In this document: piece by piece, positions 1 through 9,572 of the stretch | Layout: the number at the start of each line of letters is the position of its first letter | Numbering within the stretch: position 1 is the stretch's first letter | The notes under the pieces: model-generated | What the model was told of the DNA's origin: nothing | Databases searched by the model: none | Seen by the model: only the letters and a program-made list of their open reading frames with translations | Program-made: the position numbers and the translations under genes | NCBI GenBank assembly: GCA_031367625.1 | Contig: JANLQE010000372.1 | Span: 1-56,318, forward strand | Direction of reading: 5' to 3' | Source: Bacteroidota bacterium | GTDB lineage: Bacteria > Bacteroidota > Bacteroidia > Chitinophagales > Chitinophagaceae | DNA length: 56,318 nucleotides

Positions 1-830
1 TTTTGTACACCGTAAATAAACATACCCGTGTTTGAACCAATAAATAATTTGTCTTTGAAAGGGAAAACTGTTTCTATACCCCAACCCAAATAAATGGCAT
101 TGGCAACAAAAGGATTTGCATTTGATGAGACATCTACTACACGTAAAGAATCGTTGGACACTGAATACATATAATCGTTTAGTAAAGCAAACCTTGCCAA
201 AGAACCGCTAATGCCCACAGGCGAACCCCCAGATTTAAAAGATGACAAACCTGCATCTGTAGTATTAAACAACATACCTCCCCCCCGGAATTGTGAAAAG
301 CTATCACCGTTACAATCAATCTGAACAGTTTCTGTTTTTTTAACCCAGTCATAAACCACTTTAGTAGAATCTACATTAAAGCCATAATAAAAACGTTCCG
401 GAAAAACACCATTTACAAATTTTGTTACGGCAATATTTAATGGATTGCTGATATCCATGGCCACCAGGTCGGTATAAAAATCTGCATACATAATGTTACC
501 CTTCACAGCAATATCAACATTACCGGGAATATCTATAAAAGCAAAATTTTTAGGGCTTGCAGGATTTGTATTATCTATTATGTGGATGCCCTTATTAATT
601 TCATTCAAAAAAATATAATTACCCTTAATATAAATTTTACCGGGATTTGTTACAGCTTTTGCCGCATTACTTTTAATGTTTGCCCTTACTTCGGCAGTAG
701 TTTTATACACCGGCTGAAAGTAAGTGTACGTATAGGTTTTAGTACAAGTATCTTTTACACAACCCTGCTGTAAAAATAAAAATGCTGTACAAAAAACTAA
801 AGTAATTAATTTACTGAATAAATTTTTCAT
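1..830 (-). CDS. LVIVD-repeat-like lipoprotein, 3' end runs off the window (not in the ORF track)
   Basis: Manual translation from ATG at 830: MKNLFSKLITLVFCTAFLFLQQGCVKD (lipoprotein-like signal)...GKIYIKGNYIFLNEINKGIHIIDNTNP...IPGNVDIAVKGNIMYAD...GSLARFAL...IETVFPFKDKLFIGSNTGM. Open to the window edge. Confidence 0.85.
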   Translation of the reverse strand, partial: MKNLFSKLITLVFCTAFLFLQQGCVKDTCTKTYTYTYFQPVYKTTAEVRANIKSNAAKAVTNPGKIYIKGNYIFLNEINKGIHIIDNTNPASPKNFAFIDIPGNVDIAVKGNIMYADFYTDLVAMDISNPLNIAVTKFVNGVFPERFYYGFNVDSTKVVYDWVKKTETVQIDCNGDSFSQFRGGGMLFNTTDAGLSSFKSGGSPVGISGSLARFALLNDYMYSVSNDSLRVVDVSSNANPFVANAIYLGWGIETVFPFKDKLFIGSNTGMFIYGVQ

Positions 831-848
831 AACTAATTATTTTAAAAG

Positions 849-878
849 TTGACAATGCACTTTAAACTACCGTTGCAT
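849..878 (-). promoter_or_regulatory. Putative ECF-sigma promoter ATGCAACG-N14-ATTGTCAA upstream of the LVIVD gene
   Basis: Same two 8-mers and the same 14-nt spacer recur at 2903-2932 upstream of the ECF sigma gene. Confidence 0.75.
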
Positions 879-888
879 TAGTAATAAT

Positions 889-2334
889 TTATTTTTTAAA
901 AGGGATTTTTAAATAGAATAAAGAACTCACTAAATGTTGTTTGCCAAATGATTTTTTTGTTACCGAACCTATACCATAATTAAAATGGTATCCAATGGAA
1001 AAAGGAATTTTTGTTTTTTGTGCAAGATCAATACCTGCACCTGTATTAAAAGAAAATAAAAGCTTATTAAAAATTGCTTTGTCAGTAAAATAAGCTGCAG
1101 AATTACTGTTATAAACCAATGCATTTGAATGTATTAAAAACGCAACTGACGGCCCGGCCTCAATATATAAAGAAGATTTTTTTAAAATTTTACACTGAAA
1201 TAAAAAGGGTATTTCAATTAAGTGAAATTTATTTTTATAACTGGCAGAGTTCCCGGTTTTGTAATAATAATCAGCAGCTATGCTTTTATTAACATCATAA
1301 TTATAGTTAGTCATCGAATCTACCCGGTTACCAATTTTAATTATATTACTTTGATACAAATAATTTAACCCGGTTGCAAACTTCCATTTATCAGTAATTA
1401 TTTTTTGTGCATAAAAACCAAAACTAAATGCCCCACTTTTGGATGGATTGTTTGGCATTAACCTAACCTGGGGATTAATTGGCGGAGCAGAAATTACATT
1501 TGCATAAGCATCAAAAAATACTGGCGCACCGCTAAATAAACTGTTTTTAACAGTAGAAATTCCTGCTGCTGCATTAATTCTGTACTGCCATTTTAAATTG
1601 TTTTTTTTCTTTTCAGTTTTTTTTGTGGATGATGGAAGGGCTGTATCTTCTTTCAATAAAGGCGCTGCTGCAACTTCAGTTTTTTTAATTTCAGGAGCTT
1701 TAATTACATCTTTCAAAACATTAATTAATAAAGCGGCCGTATCAGCAGCAATTATCTTTTTTGCATTTGTAGAGTTTTCACTCTCAGGGTTTCCATTTGC
1801 AATTATTTCTTCTACATCCGAAGTAGGTGCTTGATTTTTTATTGAAACATTTGTTTTACCTTTTATTTTTAGGCGATTATTATTTCTTGTTGCCAAATCC
1901 GTTTTCGATTTATTATTTGAATACAAAACATCCCCTTTCTTAATTTTTATTTTTAAAGATGCTGATTTAAAATTCTGTTTACTGTTATCTTCCGGTATGT
2001 TAGTCATCACTTCATTTTTTGACAAAACAATAGTTTCGTTAGGAGATTTTTCTTTGTTAGAATCTATAGAATTTGGAGCAACTGAACTTTGTAAAACATT
2101 TTTCTTTGCTGCAATATTATCCGTTACTAATTTTTTATCCTCATCTTTATACTGATTCATAAATATTAACGACCCTGCTGCCAAACCGGCAAACAATAAA
2201 AGAAAAACAATCCAGCGGCGTTTCTTTTCTTTTGGCAGCTCCGCTTCCACTTTTTGCCATACAGCATCTGCCGGAGCAAGTTTTAGCTCCTCCATTTTTT
2301 GCTGCACATTTTTTTCAAATTCACTATTTTGCAT
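889..2334 (-). CDS. Putative anti-sigma factor: N-terminal cytoplasmic domain, TM helix, low-complexity linker, C-terminal outer-membrane beta-barrel
   Basis: FEKNVQQKMEELKLAPADAVWQKVE N-terminus, hydrophobic segment after KKRR, K/N-rich linker, amphipathic strands (IEIPF, YIEAGP). Overlaps the ECF stop codon. Confidence 0.75.
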   Translation of the reverse strand: MQNSEFEKNVQQKMEELKLAPADAVWQKVEAELPKEKKRRWIVFLLLFAGLAAGSLIFMNQYKDEDKKLVTDNIAAKKNVLQSSVAPNSIDSNKEKSPNETIVLSKNEVMTNIPEDNSKQNFKSASLKIKIKKGDVLYSNNKSKTDLATRNNNRLKIKGKTNVSIKNQAPTSDVEEIIANGNPESENSTNAKKIIAADTAALLINVLKDVIKAPEIKKTEVAAAPLLKEDTALPSSTKKTEKKKNNLKWQYRINAAAGISTVKNSLFSGAPVFFDAYANVISAPPINPQVRLMPNNPSKSGAFSFGFYAQKIITDKWKFATGLNYLYQSNIIKIGNRVDSMTNYNYDVNKSIAADYYYKTGNSASYKNKFHLIEIPFLFQCKILKKSSLYIEAGPSVAFLIHSNALVYNSNSAAYFTDKAIFNKLLFSFNTGAGIDLAQKTKIPFSIGYHFNYGIGSVTKKSFGKQHLVSSLFYLKIPFKK

Positions 2335-2884
2335 ACGACTGCAGTTTATTATCTGAATAATATTTTTTAATCCATGTTATCATTAATGCCCTTGCCCTTG
2401 CATACTGGCTGCGGGAAGTGCCATCTGTTATTCCCAACATCTCCGCAATTTCTACATGGCTGTATCCTTCTACTCCATGTAAATTAAAAATGGTTTGATA
2501 GCCTGTGGGCAATTGCTGTATTAAAGAGGCCAGTTCTTTTGTATTTAATTTTATTTCGGGATTATCCTCTGTAACCGGGTGCATTTCTAATTTATCAAAG
2601 GCTAAATCATTTTGATATTTGGCATTGCGTTTTAAATAATTTAAAGCGGTAGTAACCATTATACGCCTTATCCAGGCACCCAGTTCACCATCAAACCTGT
2701 ACTGATGCAGGTTTTTAAACATTCTTATAAACCCTTCCTGCAGCACATCTTCTGCATCTGCCAATGATTTTGTATATCGATAACAAACACCCAGCATCAC
2801 TTCGGCAAACTGATTGTACAGTTGCTTTTGAGATGCCCGGTTATTTTGTAAACAATCTTTTATCAGTTTGGCGTCTTGCTCCAT
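2324..2884 (-). CDS. ECF RNA polymerase sigma-70 factor
   Basis: Region 2 (DAEDVLQEGF...WIRRI) and region 4 (LPTGYQTIFNLHGVEGYSHVEIAEMLGITDGTSRSQYARAR). Confidence 0.95.
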   Translation of the reverse strand: MEQDAKLIKDCLQNNRASQKQLYNQFAEVMLGVCYRYTKSLADAEDVLQEGFIRMFKNLHQYRFDGELGAWIRRIMVTTALNYLKRNAKYQNDLAFDKLEMHPVTEDNPEIKLNTKELASLIQQLPTGYQTIFNLHGVEGYSHVEIAEMLGITDGTSRSQYARARALMITWIKKYYSDNKLQSYAK

Positions 2885-2902
2885 TTAATGGTATTCGGTG
2901 AT

Positions 2903-2932
2903 TTGACAATCCGTTTCACCATAGCGTTGCAT
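2903..2932 (-). promoter_or_regulatory. Putative autoregulatory ECF promoter ATGCAACG-N14-ATTGTCAA
   Basis: Matches the site at 849-878; both lie 18 nt upstream of the ATG. Confidence 0.75.
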
Positions 2933-2940
2933 TTGATAAA

Positions 2941-2975
2941 TAAAAATGTCCCAATCACGTTGCTGTAATTGGAAC
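2941..2975 (-). terminator. Intrinsic terminator after susD
   Basis: Minus strand GTTCCAATTAC-AGCAAC-GTGATTGGGAC (G-U pairs work only on this strand), then ATTTTT. Confidence 0.7.
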
Positions 2976-3005
2976 TGCTATTATGAAAACTGCTATGCTG
3001 CCAAA

Positions 3006-4307
3006 TTAAAAAGGCGGATCGGCAGGAGTATTAGGATTATTATCTCTTTCCCGTAAAGGATAAGGCATAAGATTTCTTTTGCGTTCTGTAATGGGCCTGG
3101 CAAACCTTCTCATGTCTTCTAATTTTTGGCCACTCATAAATAGTTCAATACAACGTTGCTTATATATTTCATCAAGCAATGCAGCATAAGAACTAAAGGA
3201 ATTAATTGCCGGTTGGTTTGCACCAACACCAAACGGATCAGCAGCCGCTGTTTTTGTTATTACTGCATTTAAAAAAGTTTTACTGGTGGTACTGTCGTTT
3301 GTACGGGCATAACATTCTGCTTTAATTAATGTTATTTCTCCTGGTAGATAAACCGGTATGGCAGCCGCTATTGCATTGCCAAATCCGTTTATCCTGTACC
3401 GTGGTGCAACAGTTGGGTTGATGGAAGTATAAAACAGAATTCTTCCATCGGTTAAAGAAGGTGCCAATGCAGGCACTAAACCTAAAGTAGAATCTTTTGG
3501 TTGTACCACATTATTGGTAGATGTAGCTGTTTCAAATACAGGATTTAAAGAAAGTGCGTCAAAATTAAAGGTTGATTTTTTTGTTATGTCAACCAGATTA
3601 GCTGCAGCAAGCGCTTGCGAATATAAACCTGCGTATAATGAATATCGTGCCTTTAAAGCATTCAGAGTATTGCTTATATCAATGCCGGCAGGTATGTTTG
3701 CAATAAATGAACTGCTGATTGCATTTGCGGCGATAGCAGCCACTGCATCATCAATAACAGCAATTGCTTTTTTAAAACCATCTGCCCTGTCTATAAAAGT
3801 TACATTGGCTCCTGCACCAGCAGGAATTTTTTCCCAAAACTGTGCCATGTCCCCCATTGACAATGCTTTAAAAATACTCGCATACGCAATTAATCCGCTT
3901 GCATAATTTTTATCACCCAAATTATTTGCATTGGTGATAATTAAATTGGCATCATAAATTGTTTTATTACAGGTTGTCCAAAACTGTGTAAGCATGGTAT
4001 GGTTACCATCAACCAGGTTTCCTCCTGCAGCCAATTGTAATTCGGCTGTATTACCCGTATTCACTACAATAAGTTCATTGGTAGTTAGCCCGTTTACCGT
4101 TATTAAATTATACAAAGTGCTGCCCCTGCCTAATGTATAAACTCTTTGCAAACCTACTACTGCACCTGTTAATCCTTTTACAGATGAGTATACCTGTTCT
4201 TCAGTAGCCCTGGAAGGATCTGTATAATTTTTTTTGCAACTTATTTGTAAAAAGGTAACACTTAGCAAAGCTGCTATGGTTACCAGTTTAATATTTTTAT
4301 TTTTCAT
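3006..4307 (-). CDS. SusD/RagB family outer-membrane lipoprotein
   Basis: Lipobox ISC-KK, EITLIKAECYAR, ELFMSGQKLEDMRRF and PYPLRERDNNPN motifs; directly downstream of SusC. Confidence 0.93.
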   Translation of the reverse strand: MKNKNIKLVTIAALLSVTFLQISCKKNYTDPSRATEEQVYSSVKGLTGAVVGLQRVYTLGRGSTLYNLITVNGLTTNELIVVNTGNTAELQLAAGGNLVDGNHTMLTQFWTTCNKTIYDANLIITNANNLGDKNYASGLIAYASIFKALSMGDMAQFWEKIPAGAGANVTFIDRADGFKKAIAVIDDAVAAIAANAISSSFIANIPAGIDISNTLNALKARYSLYAGLYSQALAAANLVDITKKSTFNFDALSLNPVFETATSTNNVVQPKDSTLGLVPALAPSLTDGRILFYTSINPTVAPRYRINGFGNAIAAAIPVYLPGEITLIKAECYARTNDSTTSKTFLNAVITKTAAADPFGVGANQPAINSFSSYAALLDEIYKQRCIELFMSGQKLEDMRRFARPITERKRNLMPYPLRERDNNPNTPADPPF

Positions 4308-4325
4308 AATTAATTTTTTAGAGGC

Positions 4326-7300
4326 TTAGAATTTTGCAGAAACTCCTATACTAATTGTTTTTGGAATAGGAATTGATCCAAAATCTATTCCACGAAGAAT
4401 GGTACTTTGGCCACCTGAATTTACTTCAGGATCGTATCCTTTATAATGATCCCAGCTTTTTAAATTTCTTCCCGCAATTGAAGCTGTTATATCTTTAAAC
4501 CATTTTATTTTACCGAAAGAATAACTCAATGAAATTTCACGAAATTTTACAAAAGAGCCATCATCAATACGCCATTCTTCAATGGAACCATAAAAGCTGC
4601 TTATATAACCCCGTGGGTAAACGCCCGATTGCTCTTTTTCTGCTTCTTTTCCATTACCCACACCCTGCCTGGTTCTCCAGTCGGCATTAAAAACCTGGTT
4701 CCCTTTTACGGCATCTATCTGTATTCTCAGGCTTGCTTTTTTGTAAGTAAATTCATTGGTCAATGTCGCTGTATAATCAGGATTTGGGTCTCCGATAATT
4801 TTGCGTAATAATGGATTGGTTGTTATTGGCAACCCATTGGCATCTCTTATTACAGTATAAGTTAACGGGCCCGATTGAGTACCTCTTTCGCCCTGCGGAA
4901 AGCCGGAAGCGTTTTTTACTAAATTTCCGTTTGCATCAGTTGCAAAGAATGCCCCGTAAAAAACGCCGATAGGCTGGCCCTCAATAATGGCCACCGGCGC
5001 TCCTGAGTTAGTGCTTAATAAAGTAAGCCCCTGCCCTATTTTCAGAGCCTTATTTCTATTATGATTATAAATACCGGTAATTGTCCATCTCATATTTTTA
5101 TTTTGTACAGGCTTACCGGTAAGCAGTAGTTCAAACCCCTTATTTTCTAAGTTGCCAAAGTTATCCTGTAAAGAGCTAAAGCCTGTTGTGGGAGCAATAA
5201 ACCGGTTGATCAATAAATCATTTACTTTTTTGTTATAAACATTGGCAGTAAAATTTACCCTGCTATTAAGAAAAGCTAAATCAACACCAAACTCTAATTC
5301 ATTTTGCCGCTCTGGTTTTACATTAATGTTGGCTAAAGTGGTATTAGATGTTAAAGAAGTACGGGAAATAAATGAGTTGGAGCTATATGCATTAAATCTT
5401 GAGTAAGCACCAATGCCCGTAAGGTTTCCACTTTCCCCATAAGCAATTCTTACTTTTGCAAAATTCCAGTATTTACTTAATGATAAGTTTTTCCAGAACT
5501 CAGCTTCGCTTATAACATAACTGGCACTTGCTTTAGCATATTTTTGATTACGCTGATCTTTACCAAAAACCGATGAGCCATCTACTCTTATAGCCCCTGT
5601 AAGAAATAATACGTTTTTATACTTTAAATTTTGTTGTGCATAATAACCGGAAACTGATAACTCACTTCTATCATCTACTCCTGCAATTGGAGTACTTGCT
5701 CCATTTACTGTTTGTACAAAAGGTGCAAGGCCACGGCCCTGCGACAGGAGGTAATTATTTTTTTCATATTGAACCGAATAACCAACCTGAGTGGTTGAGA
5801 TAATATCATTGTTTATATTAAACTGATAGGTTCCGTTTATTTCATTATTTATCTGAAAAAAATTGTTAGTTGCTGCACTGGCGTATCCATTTAATGTAGG
5901 ATCTAATGTTGCTCCGCCGCCAAAAAATCCGGTACTAACATTGTAAGCGAATGGTGGTATAAAAGTTTGTCCATGTTGTGCGTATTGGTCAATGCCCAAA
6001 GTATAATCTAAAGCAAAACCTTTAAAAGGCCTTATTTTTAAACCGATGCCTGCAATAAGCCTGTTGGTTTCCTGTTGCTGTTTTATATCTTCAATAACCG
6101 ATACAGGATTCACTCTTCCTCTTTCGCCTATGGCTTTTATATTTCCAAATGCATCTCTTGTAAACAGATCATGAAAATTTCCAATAATGTTTATTGAATT
6201 TAAAGGAGAAAAGAATGAGTTGCCATCCGGCTTTTCATTTCCGAAGCTATTAATATAATTTAAACCAATATTAAAATTTACTTTATCGCCTATGGCCTGG
6301 TCTAAATTAACCCGGAAACTGTATCTTCTAAAATCGGTATTTTTAATAATACCTTCATTTTTAAAATATGAACCCGATGCGTAATATTTTGTTTTGTCTT
6401 TTCCACCCGCAATGGAAATATTATTATCTGTACCTATGGCATTTTGAAAAATATAATCATTATAATTATGCCGGCTAACTGCAGTAATATTGGTTAAAGC
6501 AGGTGTTAAGACATCCTGTGTTTGTGCACCAGGCCCATCAGTAGGGCCGCCGAATTTTGTTGGCGATTGATTTACTTCTACGCTTTTACGTAATTTATTA
6601 AACATCACACTTGATGAAAAACTTATAACCGGTGCACCTGTGCTTCCACGTTTTGTGAAAATCTGTACCACACCGGCATTTGCCCTGGAGCCATAAGTTG
6701 CAGAAGCTGCTGCACCATTAAGCACTTCTATTCTTTCAATATCAGCAGGGTTAATATCTGCCAGCCTGTTTTGGCCAATGGCACCTACAAAATTCTGGCC
6801 ATCGTAATTACCGCTGGTATTGGTAACCCTGTTGGTACTATTGTTTAAGATAACTCCATCAATTATATACAACGGTTCGCTGCTACTGGATATAGAACTG
6901 ATACCTCTTAAACGCACAGAAATGCCACCCGAAGGGTCGCCATTATTCTGAGTAATCTGAGCACCTAAAGTTTTACCTTGTAATGCTGCCAACACATTGC
7001 CGGTGGCGCCTTTGGTAAGTTGGTCTCCTTTTACCGTACTGATATAACTGCCTAATTGTTTACGTGTGGTACCGGCAGAAGTTCCTGTTATTATTACTTC
7101 ATCTAAACCCAAAGCATCTGTTTGCAATTGAGCACTTGCTGTAATAACAGGATTATCATTTACTGTAAAAACTTGTTCTTCTGTTTTTAGACCTACCCCC
7201 GAAAAAACAAGTGTATATTTTCCTTTTTTTAAGTTAGCATTAAATTCGTAAGAGCCGTCTGAGTTTGTTGAAACGCCTGCGTTATTACGCTTTACTATTA

Positions 7301-7451
7301 CAGAAGCATTGGATATTCCTTCACCATTATTATTAGTTACTCTACCGCTTATTTTTACCTGTGCCATAGCGTTTATGGTAAATAGATTCATGAAAAGAAA
7401 CAGGCTTAGCCATTTCTTCTTATGTAACCATTTGAGGATGTAATTATTCAT
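4326..7451 (-). CDS. SusC/RagA TonB-dependent transporter
   Basis: N-terminal Ig-like domain, LDEVIITG TonB box, plug EPLYIIDG...DINPADIERIEVLNGAAASATYGSRANAGV, GYDPE, C-terminal Phe. Confidence 0.96.
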   Translation of the reverse strand: MNNYILKWLHKKKWLSLFLFMNLFTINAMAQVKISGRVTNNNGEGISNASVIVKRNNAGVSTNSDGSYEFNANLKKGKYTLVFSGVGLKTEEQVFTVNDNPVITASAQLQTDALGLDEVIITGTSAGTTRKQLGSYISTVKGDQLTKGATGNVLAALQGKTLGAQITQNNGDPSGGISVRLRGISSISSSSEPLYIIDGVILNNSTNRVTNTSGNYDGQNFVGAIGQNRLADINPADIERIEVLNGAAASATYGSRANAGVVQIFTKRGSTGAPVISFSSSVMFNKLRKSVEVNQSPTKFGGPTDGPGAQTQDVLTPALTNITAVSRHNYNDYIFQNAIGTDNNISIAGGKDKTKYYASGSYFKNEGIIKNTDFRRYSFRVNLDQAIGDKVNFNIGLNYINSFGNEKPDGNSFFSPLNSINIIGNFHDLFTRDAFGNIKAIGERGRVNPVSVIEDIKQQQETNRLIAGIGLKIRPFKGFALDYTLGIDQYAQHGQTFIPPFAYNVSTGFFGGGATLDPTLNGYASAATNNFFQINNEINGTYQFNINNDIISTTQVGYSVQYEKNNYLLSQGRGLAPFVQTVNGASTPIAGVDDRSELSVSGYYAQQNLKYKNVLFLTGAIRVDGSSVFGKDQRNQKYAKASASYVISEAEFWKNLSLSKYWNFAKVRIAYGESGNLTGIGAYSRFNAYSSNSFISRTSLTSNTTLANINVKPERQNELEFGVDLAFLNSRVNFTANVYNKKVNDLLINRFIAPTTGFSSLQDNFGNLENKGFELLLTGKPVQNKNMRWTITGIYNHNRNKALKIGQGLTLLSTNSGAPVAIIEGQPIGVFYGAFFATDANGNLVKNASGFPQGERGTQSGPLTYTVIRDANGLPITTNPLLRKIIGDPNPDYTATLTNEFTYKKASLRIQIDAVKGNQVFNADWRTRQGVGNGKEAEKEQSGVYPRGYISSFYGSIEEWRIDDGSFVKFREISLSYSFGKIKWFKDITASIAGRNLKSWDHYKGYDPEVNSGGQSTILRGIDFGSIPIPKTISIGVSAKF

Positions 7452-7479
7452 GTTGCAGTTTTTATTGGTTAAAAAATAT

Positions 7480-8226
7480 TTATAAAATTTTCAACCCCTT
7501 TTTAATATAGGGTTGCAGTATAGGCGAGTCTGGTTCTAATTCTGTAACCAACACATTAATTGCAGTAATATCACAAACCTGTATGCGCTGGCAGGTGTTT
7601 ATTTTTTCGGCAATGGTAAGCGATACTACCTGTGCAGAAGATTCAATCATTGCTTTTTTTACCTGCACTACTTCCCAGTCATTATCTGTTAAACCATGTT
7701 CTGCATCCAGCGCATTAGTTCCTACAAAACAGATATCCGCTTTTATTTGTTTTATTTTTGAAATAGCTTCTCCGCCTACAGTGATCTGAGCATTTTTAGA
7801 CAGCTTATCGCCAATTAATATCACTTCTATTGTAGGGTGATGAAGGTATTCCAATGCCGCAGGTAAGCTGCCGGTAATAAATGTAGCCTGTAAATTTTCA
7901 GGTAATGCCCTGGCTAACTCTATGATGGTAGTGCCGCCGGTGGTAAGTACAAACATGCCATCCTTAATAAGTGTGGCGGCCTTTTGTGCAATACATTTTT
8001 TATTTTCTAAAGAATAAACTTTCGATGAGTTAAAGGAACTGTAAAATGATTTAGACAAAGCACCACCATGTGCTTTTATTAATTTTCCTTCATCTGATAA
8101 TTCCTGTAAATCCCGGCGGATAGTATCTTCAGAAACATTTATTTCTAAACTTAAATCGCCACATACCACACGATTGTGTAAATTGACTTTGTGAAGTATA
8201 AAAGCCTGTCTTTCCTTCTTAAGCAT
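7480..8226 (-). CDS. DeoR/GlpR family transcriptional regulator (start revised to ATG 8226)
   Basis: MLKKERQAFIL...VSEDTIRRDLQEL...HGGA HTH, GGTT, DeoR-C domain. Confidence 0.93.
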   Translation of the reverse strand: MLKKERQAFILHKVNLHNRVVCGDLSLEINVSEDTIRRDLQELSDEGKLIKAHGGALSKSFYSSFNSSKVYSLENKKCIAQKAATLIKDGMFVLTTGGTTIIELARALPENLQATFITGSLPAALEYLHHPTIEVILIGDKLSKNAQITVGGEAISKIKQIKADICFVGTNALDAEHGLTDNDWEVVQVKKAMIESSAQVVSLTIAEKINTCQRIQVCDITAINVLVTELEPDSPILQPYIKKGLKIL

Positions 8227-8369
8227 GGAATGGTGATTTTGAAAGTGTAATGATATGAATATCTTTTTAATCCTTGCAATAAAAAGCACATAATTTTATG
8301 ATTAACGGCAATAACTTGCAAAATCATTAAAAAATATACTTTTTTATTTACGTTTAAATTAAAATACTA

Positions 8370-9572
8370 ATGAATAATAATATTAAAAAACTCTATACAA
8401 TTGCTGAAAAAAAGAAGCGTTTGATAATTGGGTTAATGAGTGGTACATCATTAGACGGATTAGATGTGGCACTATGCAGCATAGAGGGCAGTGGCATGGA
8501 AACAAAACTTCAATTGCTTCATTTTGATACCACGGCTTTTGATGATGATTTTAAAAATGAAATTAAAACGGTATTCTCTAAAAAAAATATTGGCCTCGAA
8601 AAATTATGCCTGCTTAATCCGTGGGTTGCTTTAAAACATGCAGCAATTGTAAACGATTGCCTTAAGAAATGGAATATTGATAAAAAAGATATTGATTTGA
8701 TTGCCAGCCACGGGCAAACCATTTATCATGCACCTAAGAGCCTGCACAAACATTTAAAATTTGGCAATGCTACATTACAAATTGGGGATGGAGATCATTT
8801 GTCTGTAGCAACAGGAATTATAACCATCAGCGATTTTCGCCAAAAACATATTGCTGCCGGCGGAGAAGGTGCGCCGCTGGCAGTGTATGGCGATTATTTA
8901 ATTTTTGGAAAAGAAGGAGAAGACAGAATTTTATTAAATATCGGCGGCATTGCAAATTTTACTTACCTGCCTGCAGATGGGGATACTGCAAAAATTTTCA
9001 GTACAGATACCGGCCCCGGCAATACCATCATGGATGCTTTTATACAACAAAATTTTAAAGACAAATATTTTGATGAAGATGCTGCCGTTGCAAAAAAAGG
9101 AATTATAAATATTGATTTACTAACAGTATTAAAAAATCAGCAATTCTTTACCCAGGGCTTTCCAAAAACCACAGGCCCTGAATTATTCAATCTGGCATTT
9201 TTGGAAGCTGCTAAAAGAAAATCATCAACCCAAAATATTTCTATTACAGATACAATGGCTACACTAAATAAATTTTCTGCTGATACGATTGTAGCTGCTT
9301 TAAAACAAACTTTTGGAGAATCAAAATCATTTAAAATTTTCGGTAGTGGCGGTGGTATCCACAATCCCTTATTGATGCAACATTTAAAGCAACAATTACC
9401 TGACTGTTCGTTTTACACAACAGCAGATTTAAATATAAACCCCGATGCAAAAGAAGCCGTGTTATTTGCTGTACTGGCAAATGAAGCTGTAGCAGGTACT
9501 AATAATTATATGAATAAAAATATTAAAGGAATACCAGCTATATCAATGGGCAAAATAAGTTTCCCTTATTGA
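8370..9572 (+). CDS. anmK: Anhydro-N-acetylmuramic acid kinase
   Basis: GLMSGTSLDGLD, SHGQTIYH, DFR...GGEGAPL, NIGGIAN, DTGPGN, PKTTGPELF, KEAVLFA. Confidence 0.95.
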   Translation: MNNNIKKLYTIAEKKKRLIIGLMSGTSLDGLDVALCSIEGSGMETKLQLLHFDTTAFDDDFKNEIKTVFSKKNIGLEKLCLLNPWVALKHAAIVNDCLKKWNIDKKDIDLIASHGQTIYHAPKSLHKHLKFGNATLQIGDGDHLSVATGIITISDFRQKHIAAGGEGAPLAVYGDYLIFGKEGEDRILLNIGGIANFTYLPADGDTAKIFSTDTGPGNTIMDAFIQQNFKDKYFDEDAAVAKKGIINIDLLTVLKNQQFFTQGFPKTTGPELFNLAFLEAAKRKSSTQNISITDTMATLNKFSADTIVAALKQTFGESKSFKIFGSGGGIHNPLLMQHLKQQLPDCSFYTTADLNINPDAKEAVLFAVLANEAVAGTNNYMNKNIKGIPAISMGKISFPY

